A stretch of DNA of 64,000 nucleotides from NCBI RefSeq assembly GCF_009914755.1, contig NC_060947.1; one strand, written 5' to 3'. Below, one piece after another: positions 26,799 to 43,399 of this stretch. This DNA is from the human T2T-CHM13v2.0 reference genome, Homo sapiens. Position 1 is the stretch's first letter. Each line of letters starts with the position of its first letter. Made by a program: the position numbers and the translations under genes. The notes beneath the pieces are model-generated. The model was not told the DNA's origin and made no database searches. It saw only the letters and a list, made by a program, of their open reading frames with translations.

Positions 26799-29700
26799 TT
26801 AAACTTGTGGTTGCTCTTCACCTATAACAGAAGCATAACAGGTGGGAACATTACTAGCAGAACTGTGTTTAAATGACATTAAGGATATGGAAAAGACACC
26901 AAAGTTTTAGTTTTCTACAATGGACAAAACCAGAAGCCTAAGAGTCACCCTTTTGCTTACATTCATGTAGACCTCTGAAGAGACTTTGACAACAGTCGTC
27001 CAAGTGTATGCATTAAAGATGTTTTTCAAACACACCCTGCTTTCTAGTGCTACAAGGAAAGCAAGACAGTCCAAGGTCCGAACACATTAAATGAAGTGAA
27101 CCTACTAAAAAGGGGTTTAAAGTAGAAAGCAAACATTGTGCATAGTTTTACTCAAAATACCAGCACCACACAAAAATCCTAAGAAACAAAAAAGGAATTT
27201 ACGAAAAATGTATAATTTTTGGCAAACACTCTTTTAATATTCTGGCTTGAATCTGTGGTCTGCATGCCAAACGGGCTCCTGGAAATGGTCTGAATACTAT
27301 CTTGGAAGAAAACGGTTACTGTCACCTTAGGAACTGAATAAGTAAAGTGAATAGAAAGGCCAGCATTGCATTTGTTTTTACTCTATTGCGCAGAAGGGCA
27401 AAAATATTTATTTGGGCTCGTTTACCCTTCTGTGGTTTTTAAGGTACAGCAACCGTTTGTACCCAGTTTTCTCCTACCGTGATGTCAACATGAATCATGC
27501 CTCTTTTTACACTTGAAAGTATTCCCATTTGTATAATTAAGTATATGGTCGCATTACTCTTAAGCTATCACTATCAGTTTTGTCATCAATATGTGATAGC
27601 ATTATGAACTGTGTCACACATGAACACATGGAGGGATACGGGAATGGAAAACAAGAGTAGGACAGCTGAAAAAGCCAAAATTTGTTTCTAAAAGTAAATG
27701 TTTCTGAGGGACAACTGGAAAATTTCACAGTTTCTTCCACAGGCTTTGTGATGCTTAATCAGGTATTACAGAAATAAATAATGCATGCCTTCCTAGCTTA
27801 CCAACCATTTCATCCATGCTCTGAAAATCTTAGCGTTCAAGACTGTATTCACTTTCAATAAAGCCCTGTATTAAATCACTCTGTCTTGTTCATATTCCAT
27901 GTTGTGCTTTTTCCGTTTCTTCAAGATTGTGTAAATTACTGAATATTCGTAGCTAATTTTCAAAACACCAATCTTTTCAATTTATGACATTTGAACTACT
28001 TTTCCTTATACTAATGATTCGTACCTGTCTTTTATTCACTACCACTTTCTTTTTCCTTTAAGTTTATTCTCTGGCTCTTTTATTGTTATTTCATAGTATT
28101 CTTTTCCTTTAACATGTAACGTGCTATTTATTTTAATAAGACGTGCATTTAAAGCTATGATCTCCCTAAGAATACAACTGAGGCTTGTTCAGTGGGCTCC
28201 TGGAAATCGTCTGAGAACTATCTTTTAATGTAAATAGTATAATGAAATGGTTCAGCAGGGTACAGTAAAAACACTTAGGTAATTTCTCCCTTAAACATGG
28301 GGTGCTTCCTTTAACTTCAAGAGGTATTGTAATTAACAGTCACCAATTTGGAAAATATGTGTAAAACATACTTGTGTCAACTACTCAGGAACTAGCACAG
28401 TGCTGTTGTTGAACTTCAAACCCTATCATCTAATGCCTCAAGGCAGAAACCTGTAATATGTAACCTATGGTATGGTTAGAGGTGACTCTACTATATGAGT
28501 CTTCAATCTAATTACACGAAGTAGTTCATGAAGACTGACGGGAGGGCAGGGAGCATGCTTAGCAGAAGCATCTTACACCCACCTTGGGCATCACTGACCT
28601 ACATGCATTCTCTCTACTTCACTGGCCACAGAAACCTGATGATCTCCTGCCATTTTATCATTCAGTCATTCAAGGCTTCACTGCGGGAAGGCTTTAAAAT
28701 GCAATTATTCTTTAAGAGACAGAGAACTCAGAATTTGGCAAAATACAAGAACACTCATACAGGGCTCCACACAGGAAAACAAACACCAAGCAGAGTGCCC
28801 GCTCATTTTCCTAGGAACCATGAAATCTCAACTCAGACACTATAATTGGACTGAAGCTGATTGTTATGATAAACAAATCATGAAGATCAGAATATCTTGG
28901 TCTTCTATCCAACAGAACCAGAGCATGTGGAAATTAGCAACGAAATGGATTTTAATCTATCTGATGTGCATCCACTCTTTTCACTAAGAGCAAGGATGCC
29001 TGTGGAATTTATACGATTCATCCAGACTCTCACAAATTATGGTAGAGCTGGTACTAGAATCTGCTTCAGGGCTCAGCATACTTCACACAAACTGGTATTA
29101 CAAATGCATTATGTGTTTGTTAAAAGCAGAAATTAGAAAAGAATCTGAAAATTGTTAGCTGTTGGTTATACACCAAACTAAGAAAATGCTGTCACGTTTG
29201 ATGATTCAATATGGCTTTGACCCAATTTGTTTCTGTATCTGATAGTGTTTAAGTCTTGCAATCTGGCATTTGGGTCTGAACGACGTTTCAAAGAACATTT
29301 GCATTTGCACTGTGTTTTTAAAGTAGCACTAATGTTATCCCTCTATTATCAAAAGTATAATACTGTGTAAATGAGAAAGCACATAACTTTGCATCTTGCT
29401 GGATAACATACCTGCTTCTGGCATTTTACAGTGTTCCTCTTTAGGTATTATCTTCACCTTGACGCCGGAACCCAAATCCAGATTTATCCCCGGTGTTTGA
29501 CTGATGCAGCTCTTGCAGATCACCTTCCATGTCGCGCACTTCAAAATACAAAGGTTATCGATTTAAGCATTCCAACATGAAATATAAATAAGGAAATGAT
29601 AATATTCTCTTCCTTCGCGTTACGAAATAAAGCCTGAGCCAGGCGTAGTGGTTCATGCCTGTAATCTCAGCACTTTGGGAGGCCGAGGTCGCTTGAACCC

Positions 29701-30161
29701 AAGAGCTGGAGGTGGCAGTGAGCCAAGATCATGCCACAACAATCCACACTGCGTGACAGATGAGCCTCTGCCACATAATAAAAAAATGTACATTTCTATA
29801 CACCAAATTAAATGGTTTCAAGTGATTTAGTAAGGACTGTATTTTCAAGCATACAAAATCCATCTCGAAGAACAAGAGAAGATTCATTATATCCAGGGAC
29901 AGCATGAAGCTGCAAACTATACTCTCCCTTTTCCAGCCAACTTTGAGCAAATGTTTGGTATCTTTTCCTAATGTTCTCTTTGCTCCTGTTACTGCTCATG
30001 GCATAGGCCACAATGCACACATAGACCTTCTCCCGCCCCATAGACATACTTTCCCTTCCCAGCACCTGGGATCTCAGCTGTATCCTGATCTTCTTCTGTC
30101 TGCTGCCCAGGTGTAGGATCCCGACTTTCAGCTGCTGGTTCTTCTTTTTGGGGCTCTCCAT
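26799..30161 (-). CDS. XAGE1: XAGE1 copy C, 81-aa XAGE-1b; coding exons 30161-30066, 29538-29412, 26821-26799
   Basis: Same exons and protein as copy B at offset +12870. Confidence 0.95.
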
Positions 30162-31613
30162 TACTGGGCTCCTGGGACTGGCTGTGTGGTTCTGTGTTTG
30201 TGTGTGTCTAGATAAAAAGTTTTGTTATTAATACATGTCAATAATATAAATATACAGAATACACAGGTATGTCTTATTATAAGTATGTCTAGAGACATTT
30301 CTCCAACACTACCCCGTATACCTAATCTTCATAACACTATTCTTCCCTCAGAGAGGTTACTCAAAGACAGATATCCTCAGGGACTTTGGAAGCCGTTTTA
30401 ATCAATGTTGGGATGAATGTGTGTAATCTGTTCTGAATAAGCATGAGGAGGAAGTTATGGACAAAATCTGGGCACACACGATCATCCACCCACACAAAAC
30501 CCAAATATAACCCTCTGGACTAATCTTTCCTTCATGGGATGCCATGATCATTTTTTATCAGCATGGGAGACCATTATCAGTGTATCCATACTAGTCCATC
30601 AACACTATCAGAAAAATAACTTTCTGCTAAGAGAAAACATCGAATGTTAAGACATTCACAAGCAGAGGCACAATGAGCTCAGGAGGTTGTGAACTTCTTG
30701 GCATAGGCCTATATGTTGATCGTCCTCATCAACACATACTTCACTCTGCAAGCAGAATACTGCGATTGGGAAAATGCACTTGACAGGACAACTAGATTTG
30801 ACCGCTTTCATGGTCAAATGTTAACTTGGACATTTTTTTTTTTTTTAATTTAGAAATACTCTGAAAGTCCCCGGGCAAGTATAAGTGTATGCACCTTTTG
30901 AATCGAATGCTTGCAAAGCCACTTAAGTAGGTCTAGCTAGCTGAGCGATGTCTTAAGGCTCCTGGCAAAAAACACAGGGCATTTCCCATGAGGTTGGTTT
31001 CACAACTGGACACTCCATCAGGGAGACAAGTAGGAAATTACAGCTACAGAACTGAAACTGCAGTGACCACCAATTTTGTCACATAATGATTTGCTAGGCC
31101 CACTTCCCCCCCACCCCAAAGTCACATTTTTAGGAACTCAGGGCCCCGCCCATTGGAATCTCCACAGTGGAGTTGAGAATTTGCTACACAGCAGTGGGCA
31201 CTCCTCACAGGACCCCTATGCCAGGCACTCTACAGACCTCGGGGCTGCGGTCACTAGCCCGCAGCATGCCCCGTCTCCAGGACCCTTCCATACCGCTCAT
31301 GCCGTCCCTCTCCTGGTCCCGTCTGGGAAGTCCAGAATCTTCTGTCGGGGTTCCAGGTGCTTCTGGGACTCGGATACCCCCAACAGCACCCCAGCTTCGC
31401 CTGAGCCCCTCCACTCCTCGGCCCTCCTTCCTCCCTAGTTATGGCCGTGACGAGACAAGAAGGTCCATGGGCGTGGCACCGCATGAGAGGGACGACGACT
31501 TCGAGGGCCTTCTCACTCTGAGTCACTGACCACACAACCCTCCGGAAGCCTGCTGGTTCCTCTTCACTCTCACTCACACTTCAACTCCCAGTTGGATCTG
31601 CCTGTGGACCTAC

Positions 31614-31691
31614 CCGCCGTGTCTCAGTAGCGGAGAAAGAATCCAGACCTCAGGGACCCGAGTCGCCGGCTCACAGCTCCGCCGCGTTCCC
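31614..31691 (-). other. XAGE1: XAGE1 copy C exon 1 (5' UTR)
   Basis: Identical to 18744-18821. Confidence 0.85.
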
Positions 31692-32048
31692 CACACTGGC
31701 GAAGGGGCCGATGGGAAGACGCCCAGTGAACATGCGCACTGAGGTGGGCACCAAAGGAGCATGCGCAGTGAGGTTCCCTCGTGCCTTAAGGGCTGTGGTG
31801 CCCCTCCTTATCCCGCCTTGCCCTGTCCTATGCTCCTTCCCAGGTCCCCATTAACGACTTTGGAATCCCTCCTCTCTGTGTGTGGGTTCCCCCCCACCAG
31901 GACTCAAATACCTCAAATAAAGTCAGCCTTCAAAACTCACTCCATGACCGGGCGCGGTGGCTCACGCCTGTAATCCCAGCACTTTGGGGGGCGGAGGCGG
32001 GTGGATCATGTGGCCAAGAGATCGAGACCATCCTCGCCAACATGGTTA

Positions 32049-32270
<222 letters not shown>

Positions 32271-35142
32271 CTATGGCCCTCCTTCGTCCCATGCCCGGGA
32301 CCCCACAACAGCAAGGCCATGGCAGTATCGCTGAGTTTTAGTAGAAAGATGACGACCTCAGAGGCCATGGACCAAGTGGCACAACCCACAGGAAGCCCCC
32401 CACGCTCCCCCTCACACTCACTCACACTTCACTTTCTGGGAGGACTGATCTGCAGACCTACTGGCTAAGTCATAGTCAGCACGAAAGAAGGAAGTCACGA
32501 CGTCTCCTTTCACAGTTGTGGAGGGACAGAAGTTAGAGAGCAAGGCGCATAGGCAGCAAGGAACTTTCATAGAAAGGGACATGCACATTGAGCCAGGGAC
32601 TTTTCAGGGCAGGGTAGGGTTTTCCGCTGTTCCCAGACCCGCATCCCCATGGCGTTTGTAGTAGAAAAAGGGACTTGAGAGCTTTCGTCTCTCTTTGTCC
32701 AATCTCATGCATTCAGAAACGTTGGGAACAGACAGTCCCTTACTGGAGGATGTGTCTCAGGAAGACCTTTTGTGGAAGAAATAAATTATTTTCATATCTT
32801 TATTTATAAAGCCGTTTTTATTTATTTTTTTTTCCAGACAGAGTGTCACTCTGTTGCTCAGGCTGGAGGGCAGTGGCATGACCATACCTCACTGAAGCCT
32901 CCATCTCCTGGGCTCAAACAATCCTCCCGATGTAGCCTCCCCAGTCCCTGCTACTACAGGTGCAGACACCACACCTGGGTAATTGGTTTATTTATTATTT
33001 ATTTATTTTTTAGATAGTGGTCTCACTGTGTTGCCCATGCTGGTCTCAATTTCCTGGGCTCAAGTGATCCTCCCACCTTGGCCAGTTTTATAAATGCTTT
33101 TATTAATCACTTTGTTCTCTGGTTCTGGGTTTTCTGCCATGCTTCCAATAAACGTAATTGAATAAATTCTTCTGTAGAATAAATACATTCACACCTGTTT
33201 ACTCTTTTCTTTTTAGGTTGTGTTACTTCACATTTAAATCTCTGGACTGGTAACTGATTTCCCTGAATATACCTGTAGGTCATTCAGACAGTATATGTTT
33301 CAGAAATAGCCATAGATTCTGACTGTAGGCTCTAGGCTCAGTTATGACCAGAAAACAAGTCCTGCCAGTCTCCTACCTCAAATGTATGTTTGTGTATTGA
33401 CCTGATCCCTGGGACAAGTTTCCCAGACTGAAATCATGGTATCATAAAGCTGGACGCTTTCTTGAGGGGATAGAGTAACATCCATATTTTCAATCCGTGT
33501 GTAAATAAATTAATTAATGGATGAAAAGATGTATGCAATAATGCAAAGCAGAATAACAGGTATTTGATTAATACGGCATCACCAAATTTTGCTTTAACAG
33601 ATCTGATCGTAATTATTTCAGTCTTTGTGGGTCATGTAGTTTCTGTGGCGTAGTGTTGTGTTTTTTAGCAATAATACTTTTAAATGGAAAAAAATCCTTA
33701 TCTCAATGGCTATGCAAAACAAGCCATGGGCTGTATTTAGATCTCAAGCCATAGTCAGCTAGCCCCTGGATTATCTTTTACTTCACATATTTGAATGCTG
33801 TATTTTTGTACCAGTAGTCAAAAGATTAACAAAGGAGAGTTCTACCACCAGGTAAGATTTAGAAAGCCTCAAGAGAAAGTCACTTTAGCCTTGAAAATGA
33901 AAAACAGCCTAATAATCTATAACGTTATCTTTTGTTTTGCTTTGTTTTTAGATCATGAGAGACCTGAGGTAACAAGGCAGCCATGGGAACTGATCCAAAA
34001 TGGTGACTTAGTCCCTCTGAGGAGGGATGAGACAAACAAACTGCATCACCTGTGGCAGAGCATGTGTGGAAGAAGTGACAGCCATAACAGGGGGTAAGAA
34101 GAAAACCAGTGAAAATGTAGCAAATTCATAAAGTTCGAACACAGGCATTTGAGAGAGCTGGAATCCTGGCAAGTCTCAGACACCAGCGGAATTCACGTTC
34201 ACAGACAGAAAGACATCCTGTCTCAAAAAACAGAGTCAGAGTCTATAAGGCTGGATAAAAAGCAAGAACAAAAATAACAGACGCTGGTGAGTTTGTGCAG
34301 AAAAGGCAACGCTTATACCCTGTTGGTTGGAGTATAAATTAGTTCAACCATTGTGGAAAGGAGTGTGGCAATTCCTCACGGACTTAAGAACAGAAATACC
34401 ATTTGGCCCTGCAATCCCATTGCTGGGACTATACCCAAAGGTACATAAACCTTTCTATTATAAAGACGCATGCACATGTATGATCATTGTAGCACTACTC
34501 ACAATAGCAAAGACATGGGATCAACCTAAATGCCCATCAATAACAGACTGCACTTTTTAAAATGTGGTACATATACACCATGGAGTACTATGCAGCCGTA
34601 AAAAACAGTGAGATCATGTCCTTTCCAGGAACACGGATGGAGCTGGAGGCCATTATCCTTAGCAAACTAATGCAGGAGCAGAAAACCCAATACCACATGA
34701 AGTCACTTATAAATGGGAGCTAATTGCTGAGAACACATGGACACCCAGAGAGGGCCAACACGCTGGGGCTTATCAGAGGGTAGAGGCTGGGAGGAGGGAG
34801 AGGATCAACAAAATAACTAATGGGCACTGGCCTTACTACCTGGGTGATGAAATAATCTGTACAACAAACCCCATGACATGAGTTTACCTATATTACAAAC
34901 CTGCACATGCACCCTGAACCCAAAATAAAAGTTAAAAGAAAACTCGAAAATAATTGTGAACTCTTCTGATCTTTCTACTTTACAAATATCAGTTCACTTC
35001 TTTTTATAAAAGGTAGGAAAGAAGGAAGGGAGTGAGGCATGAAGGGAGCCAGGGAGGAAGGGAGAAAATAAGGACAAATGGAGCGAGGGAGGGAGGGTGG
35101 AAAGAAGTAAAGGAGGGAGGGAGGGAGGCAGGAAGGGAGGCA

Positions 35143-35198
35143 GGAAGGAAGGAAGGAAGGAAGGAAGGAAGGAAGGAAGGAAGGAAGGAAGGAAGGAA
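35143..35198. repeat. (GGAA)14 microsatellite
   Basis: Counted directly; accounts for the +16 offset change between tandem units. Confidence 0.95.
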
Positions 35199-35965
35199 GA
35201 GAAAAATAGGGCTGAACAAACGTTTCTGTCCCTAGCCAAACAGCTCTTGATGGGAAGGCACTTTTAGAAACTTGAGTGAAAAGTAACATAAATCAGAGGA
35301 TTTGAATCATCTTCATTTACAGCCCTTCAAAAGTTATTCTGGCTGTTGTTTCTGAGCGATTCAAACCTGCCTTGGTCTCCATTAAATCCACATATTCTTC
35401 AGAAGGGCAACTCTTCCCTGGATTAACAGCTCAGCGGAGGACCAACACAAACTGGTTAGTCTAGGAAGAAAAAGAAAAGAAAAGTGCAGGAGACCAACAT
35501 TTCCTCCCCCGTGGTTTTTTTTGTTTTTTTTTTTGTTTTGTTTTGTTTTTTTTTTTTACATCTCCTCCTCAATCTACAGAGGGATATTTGAATCTCCACA
35601 TTTCAAAGCTAAGAGAGCTCTGAGAGATCATTTTATATAGTTGTTTCTCAAAGGATTTTTAGCAAAAGAACACCTTCGTGAAATGAAATTTTACCCAAAA
35701 CCCTACTGTAGAAAATAGGGGGATAAAATTATATTTTTCATATAAATATACCACTTTAATGTGAAGATATCTTTCTATGAAGGCTGTCAAAGAGTTTGAT
35801 TGAGGTTCTTTTGAAGAGCCGAGCAGATTATTCTGTGGATTTCTGCGTAACATTTTAGTTGTATATTAACTTCTGCATCTAATTTTTCGGTACTTTTATT
35901 GTTGTTGCACAGTTGCAAGAGGATCTTGATTTTCACAGTATATTTATCAGTAATCTGTATCTTGA

Positions 35966-39030
<3,065 letters not shown>

Positions 39031-39723
39031 AAGAATGATGCTGGCTACTGATCATGTGCCGGCTACTGATCATGTGCCACCTCCTGGCCATGGGAAGTGA
39101 GTCTGGAGAAGGCCATGAGAGGCAGTTCTGGGCTCAGTAGTGAGGAGGGTGTGACACTGCAAAGGACACCTTGCCTTTGCCCAAACCGGATGGACGTGGT
39201 GCTCACCCCACCTCTCACTGCTCAGCTCCGTTTCCTCTCCACCCGCACCCTGGATCTTTCCAGAGCACCGGGCCTCCTCCAGCCTAGGGACCCAACTGCT
39301 TTCCTAAGCTGCTATGGAACTGGCCTGAGGTCCCAGGGGCTGTGCATTGTGCTGCTGACCTCCGCTCTCTTCAGCCAGAGTCCCAGTTCAGCCGCTTTCT
39401 GGAGAAATCCGTCGCCTGGGCCCACGCACAAATTCAGAGCTTAGCAGGTGTTGACATGTGCTCCGCTTTCCTGGAAAGGCCACTCTCCCCATCACCTTTT
39501 TCACAGATGTGAACGTTGAGGCATGAGGGAGGGTAATTACTGGTTTACCCAGGGGATGCTAAGAACAGAGGAGAAAACCCCAGTGCTCAGGTGTGTGTCT
39601 GTCTGATGGGCCATGTTCACCAACCCATTTAAGTGGACGGGGCTGCTAATAGATACCTAAAGATTTGGTTTTAGGTATTTTACACTTGAAATCATTGGCT
39701 TCATCTCAACTGAGGCCTGACTG

Positions 39724-41950
39724 CCCAGTGTCTCAAAGATACAGGTCATGACCTGATCCTTCAGGAACAGATGGTGTTCCAGCTTTGTGGGAGTGACTTT
39801 CAAGGTGTGGAGCACTTGGGGTGACTTTGAGACACCTCAGGCTTCATATCTCTGCTTTGAATGAAAAGCTCATCACCCACGGCAGCCAGGGGACGTACCT
39901 TTACTCGCTGGGGCTGATGTCTTGAATTTTTCTGTCTAGACAATGAAAACTTCTGGGAGCACTTCCAGTTTCGTGTAGCCTCTTAATAATTGATGTCACT
40001 AAATTCCGTATGTCCTCTGGGACTGTTCCTTTGATTCTGGGATGGTACCAGCTTTTATGCTTTTATGTGTAATCCGTAAAAGCCAAGTTGTTAATCTGCA
40101 TGAAAATAAGACTTTGTTCATATCACACATTCCAACAGGTTTCATTTGTGATTTTTAATGTGGGATACTATGAAAAAAAAAAAAAAACTAAAAAACCTGG
40201 TCATTGAAATTAGACTCTGTTATTGTATTTTGTGAAGAATTTCCTCCTTCAGGATTAACCACCCATGGGCTCATCAGCACCTTTGTAAGTAAAGGGACAA
40301 AAACCAGGTGGCATCTACGAATGCGGCAAAATGAGGAAGTATAGGGAGACCACAGCACAATGGCTCTTGTTTCAAACAGAGTCTGGGGTGAAGTACCCGC
40401 ATCTCTCCCCCATCCCTCAATATTCTCATCCTACTCCTGACTGTTCCCTCTTTAGGTGGGATTTTCTAAATACGATTGTCCACAAGTGTTGGTGGGGATG
40501 TTGCAATGTGAGGGTATCCATCATCAGTCATCTTAAAACAAAGATGAATGGAGAGGAGAGTGTTGTGATCCGTTTTCAAATGCACTGCTTTTGGGTGTGT
40601 GGCTGCAAAAACACATGGTCTCAGCAATCCCACAGCAGCTGTCTCAGAAGATTGGCCCCGATGCCACCACAGCTGCTGTTGCAGAGCCAGGAGCTCCTTG
40701 CGGTTTGGTGTCTTCTGCTTAAATTTGTGGATGTGACCCCCCTCTGCTCACCCAGTTCCTGGTAGCATCTGCTGAGTTTCCTGATTTGTTCCAGTGTTCC
40801 CTGAGAGCCAGTTGTGTAATGATATTTCAGAGGGTCTTCAGGGATTCCATCCACACTACACCAGTTACTGTGCAATGGCCATGTGCTTATCTTCTTGGAG
40901 CCCCCATGTGTGTCCTCTTCAGTGGAGCTGTGAAGAATTCTACTTAAATGTAGATCTCATTCTGATGCTCATCAGGCTGCTTAGAAAGCTGCTCATCTCG
41001 TCTTTGGACGCATGTACTTTATTCCTTTTGTGTGCATTGAAGTCTGATGCAGTTTTATTAATGCTGTGGACCCTTGTAGTTAGGTACTTTTAAATATCTT
41101 GGTGAATGTAACTCTGGCAACAACTTGAAGAAGTCGTTGTGTGATCCCCATTGTATGGGTGAGGAAGCTGACACTTGTGGAGGTAGAGCAGGTTTATTAA
41201 CTCCACACAAGTATTGATGCATTTCACATCTCAAGGTAGAAGTCTTCCTCTAAGGTTCATGCTGTGCACTAACATGCACTACACATACTGATGAAAATAA
41301 GACTATTGTCCTCCTACCAAACGGGAAATTAATGCCATGGCTGGATAAAGACACTTGTAAAAAAACTGCACTTCTGTCTATCTCAGTATTCCAATGAAAA
41401 AGCATAGAATTTTAGCCAGCTCCTGGAGAGACCAGGAAGCACAGAGTGTCCTACAAGAATGGGGATTCCTTGGAAGTGAGGTTCACCTTGACTCAAGAAA
41501 GATGACTCACGTATGGTGAAAGGCAATTATCCAGGGCCTCAAGAACAGCACCAGGAAGGAGAGCTGGGTCTGGTGGGATTCTGGGGGTCCTCTCTCCCAC
41601 CTGGAAATCTACTGCTGCCTGCCGACCCTCTCAAGATGGCGACCTCTCTGGGTTCCAGCGCCTAAAACAGGCAAAACTGGGAGGACGTCGATTTCTCCAT
41701 TCTGTGCCAGATATGTCTCAGAGAAACATGACCAAGGAGAACTATGAGAAAAAATGCAAACTCTGTCAGGCCATTCAGTGTTTGGCTGGTGCCCGGGGGA
41801 GCACATGCATCCCAAGAAGACTGAAGGGGGCCAAGCCTGCAGGAAATGTCTGTCAGACTTGCCTCTTAGACCTAGAGTATGACTGCCCATACAGGTTCAT
41901 GACACAGACTTGCCTTTAAAGGTGACTGCAGATATGGACAGAGGAATTTC
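39724..41950. repeat. Old inverted segmental duplication of 4421-6657
   Basis: Collinear reverse-complement similarity, e.g. ORFs 5773 and 40331 share HKCWWGCCNVRVSII; visibly diverged. Confidence 0.9.
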
Positions 41951-42618
41951 TAACCCTGATAGAACATGGCCAGTTGCTCTGCTGGGGAAAGCCACGTCCA
42001 GTAGTGAGATGCTGCTCAAACTGGCCCGGACCACACTGTACTGGCTGAGGAATAAGCCTTACATTTGTTCTGTCCAGGTGAAAGGAGAGGACTGTCCGTA
42101 AAGACATGAGAAGCCTGCAGATCCCGATGACCCCCTCTTGCTGGTCAAAATATTAAAGATCGATATTGTGGAAACAATGACCCTGTAGCAGATAAGCTTC
42201 TAAAGCAGGCTTCAACCACGCTTCATCTTGAATCACCAGCAGAGAAGGATTCCACCAGAGTGTATGTTGGTGATCTGGCGGATACCATTACTCAGACAGA
42301 TTTAAGAAATTGTCTCTGCCTGTTGGTGAGATCCGGATGGTCACCGTTGTGCAGAGATAGCAGTGTGCCTTTCATCCAGCTTTCCACAGGGTGGCTACAG
42401 AAGTGGGTGCCGACAAGTCCTCTAATAAACTGATTGTCAATGGCTGCAGACTCCGTGTAAAATGGGGACGATTCCAAGCACTCAAGGGGAAAAAAAAAAA
42501 AAAAAAACAAAAAAAAAAACAAAACAAAAAACAGGTTGCGGGGGACAGAATCACAGAATCTGGGATCCTGCCAGAGCCTATTCCAGTGCCGCCAGGAGCT
42601 CCTTCTCCCCCTGCAGCT
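41636..42618 (+). pseudogene. RBM22 processed pseudogene, 3'-truncated
   Basis: [24 protein letters not shown]...NVCQTCLLDLEY...[18 protein letters not shown]...[18 protein letters not shown]...[10 protein letters not shown]; intronless, with stops and frameshifts. Confidence 0.93.
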
Positions 42619-43399
42619 ATGGTGCCTACTTTGGAGCCTGCTTACATGGACTGAGGCCACCTTTTCTGACTTTTCCCAGTGGCAAAATGCACCTGACAAG
42701 GAGAATAGACGTAGGAACCTGGCCTCCTGGACCCTCACTTGCCCAGGATTTTTCTTGGTGCTGTGAGCTGAAGGAGTTCTTGTAAGATGGAAGCAGGGCC
42801 CCAGGATCATGTGATTGGCCTCATGTCTCTGCCTCACTAATGGTCAGGTGGTGGGCACTCAGGGCCTGGGAACCCAGCCATCCCTGATTCCTTGAGTTGA
42901 TGAGGCAGGGGGCTGGCCCACCTGCTCCTGCCCCACCATGGCCGTCGTGGATGGTTGCTCTTTGAGCCTGGTAACGTCACTGGCTTGGCTCTGCCAGGCA
43001 TGCACAGGCCCTGCGTACCCACACACTGCTTTAAGGGGCTTGCCCTGCCTTGGGCCACAGTCTAGTTCTGGCCAGTGTCCCAGGAACTCAGTCCCCTGTG
43101 TATCCATCTTAGCTGTTTCTGGGGCACCCATGGCTCCCCTGGGTCCTTTTTCTCTTAGGGCTTTGGTTGGGGAGGGCTTGGGCTGGATCGCAGCCCCATG
43201 GCTCTAGGACGCTTGCCATGTGAGAGAGGCTCTGTCACACGAATGGGCAGACATGAGGACATGTGATATGCTGCTGGCTGGCTGGGGCTGTGCAGATGCC
43301 ACAGTCACTCTCCCCTCCAGCAGCCTCTGAGGGCCCAGCTTCCCCATTGATATTGATCCCATATGGCCTAGCAGTAGTACTGACTGCTTTGGGGCTGTG

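Noticed and set aside
39043-39078. 18-bp perfect tandem duplication ggctactgatcatgtgcc x2
   Set aside because: Ordinary slippage duplication near an L1 end; nothing further supportable.
39189-39205. ggATGGACGTGGT resembling the TBC1D3 start (MDVV)
   Set aside because: Opposite strand to the TBC relic, and similarity stops after four codons.
42490-42531. Long A-rich run that looks like the RBM22 retrocopy poly-A tail
   Set aside because: RBM22 homology resumes after it; it is an expansion of the GKEKEK codons.
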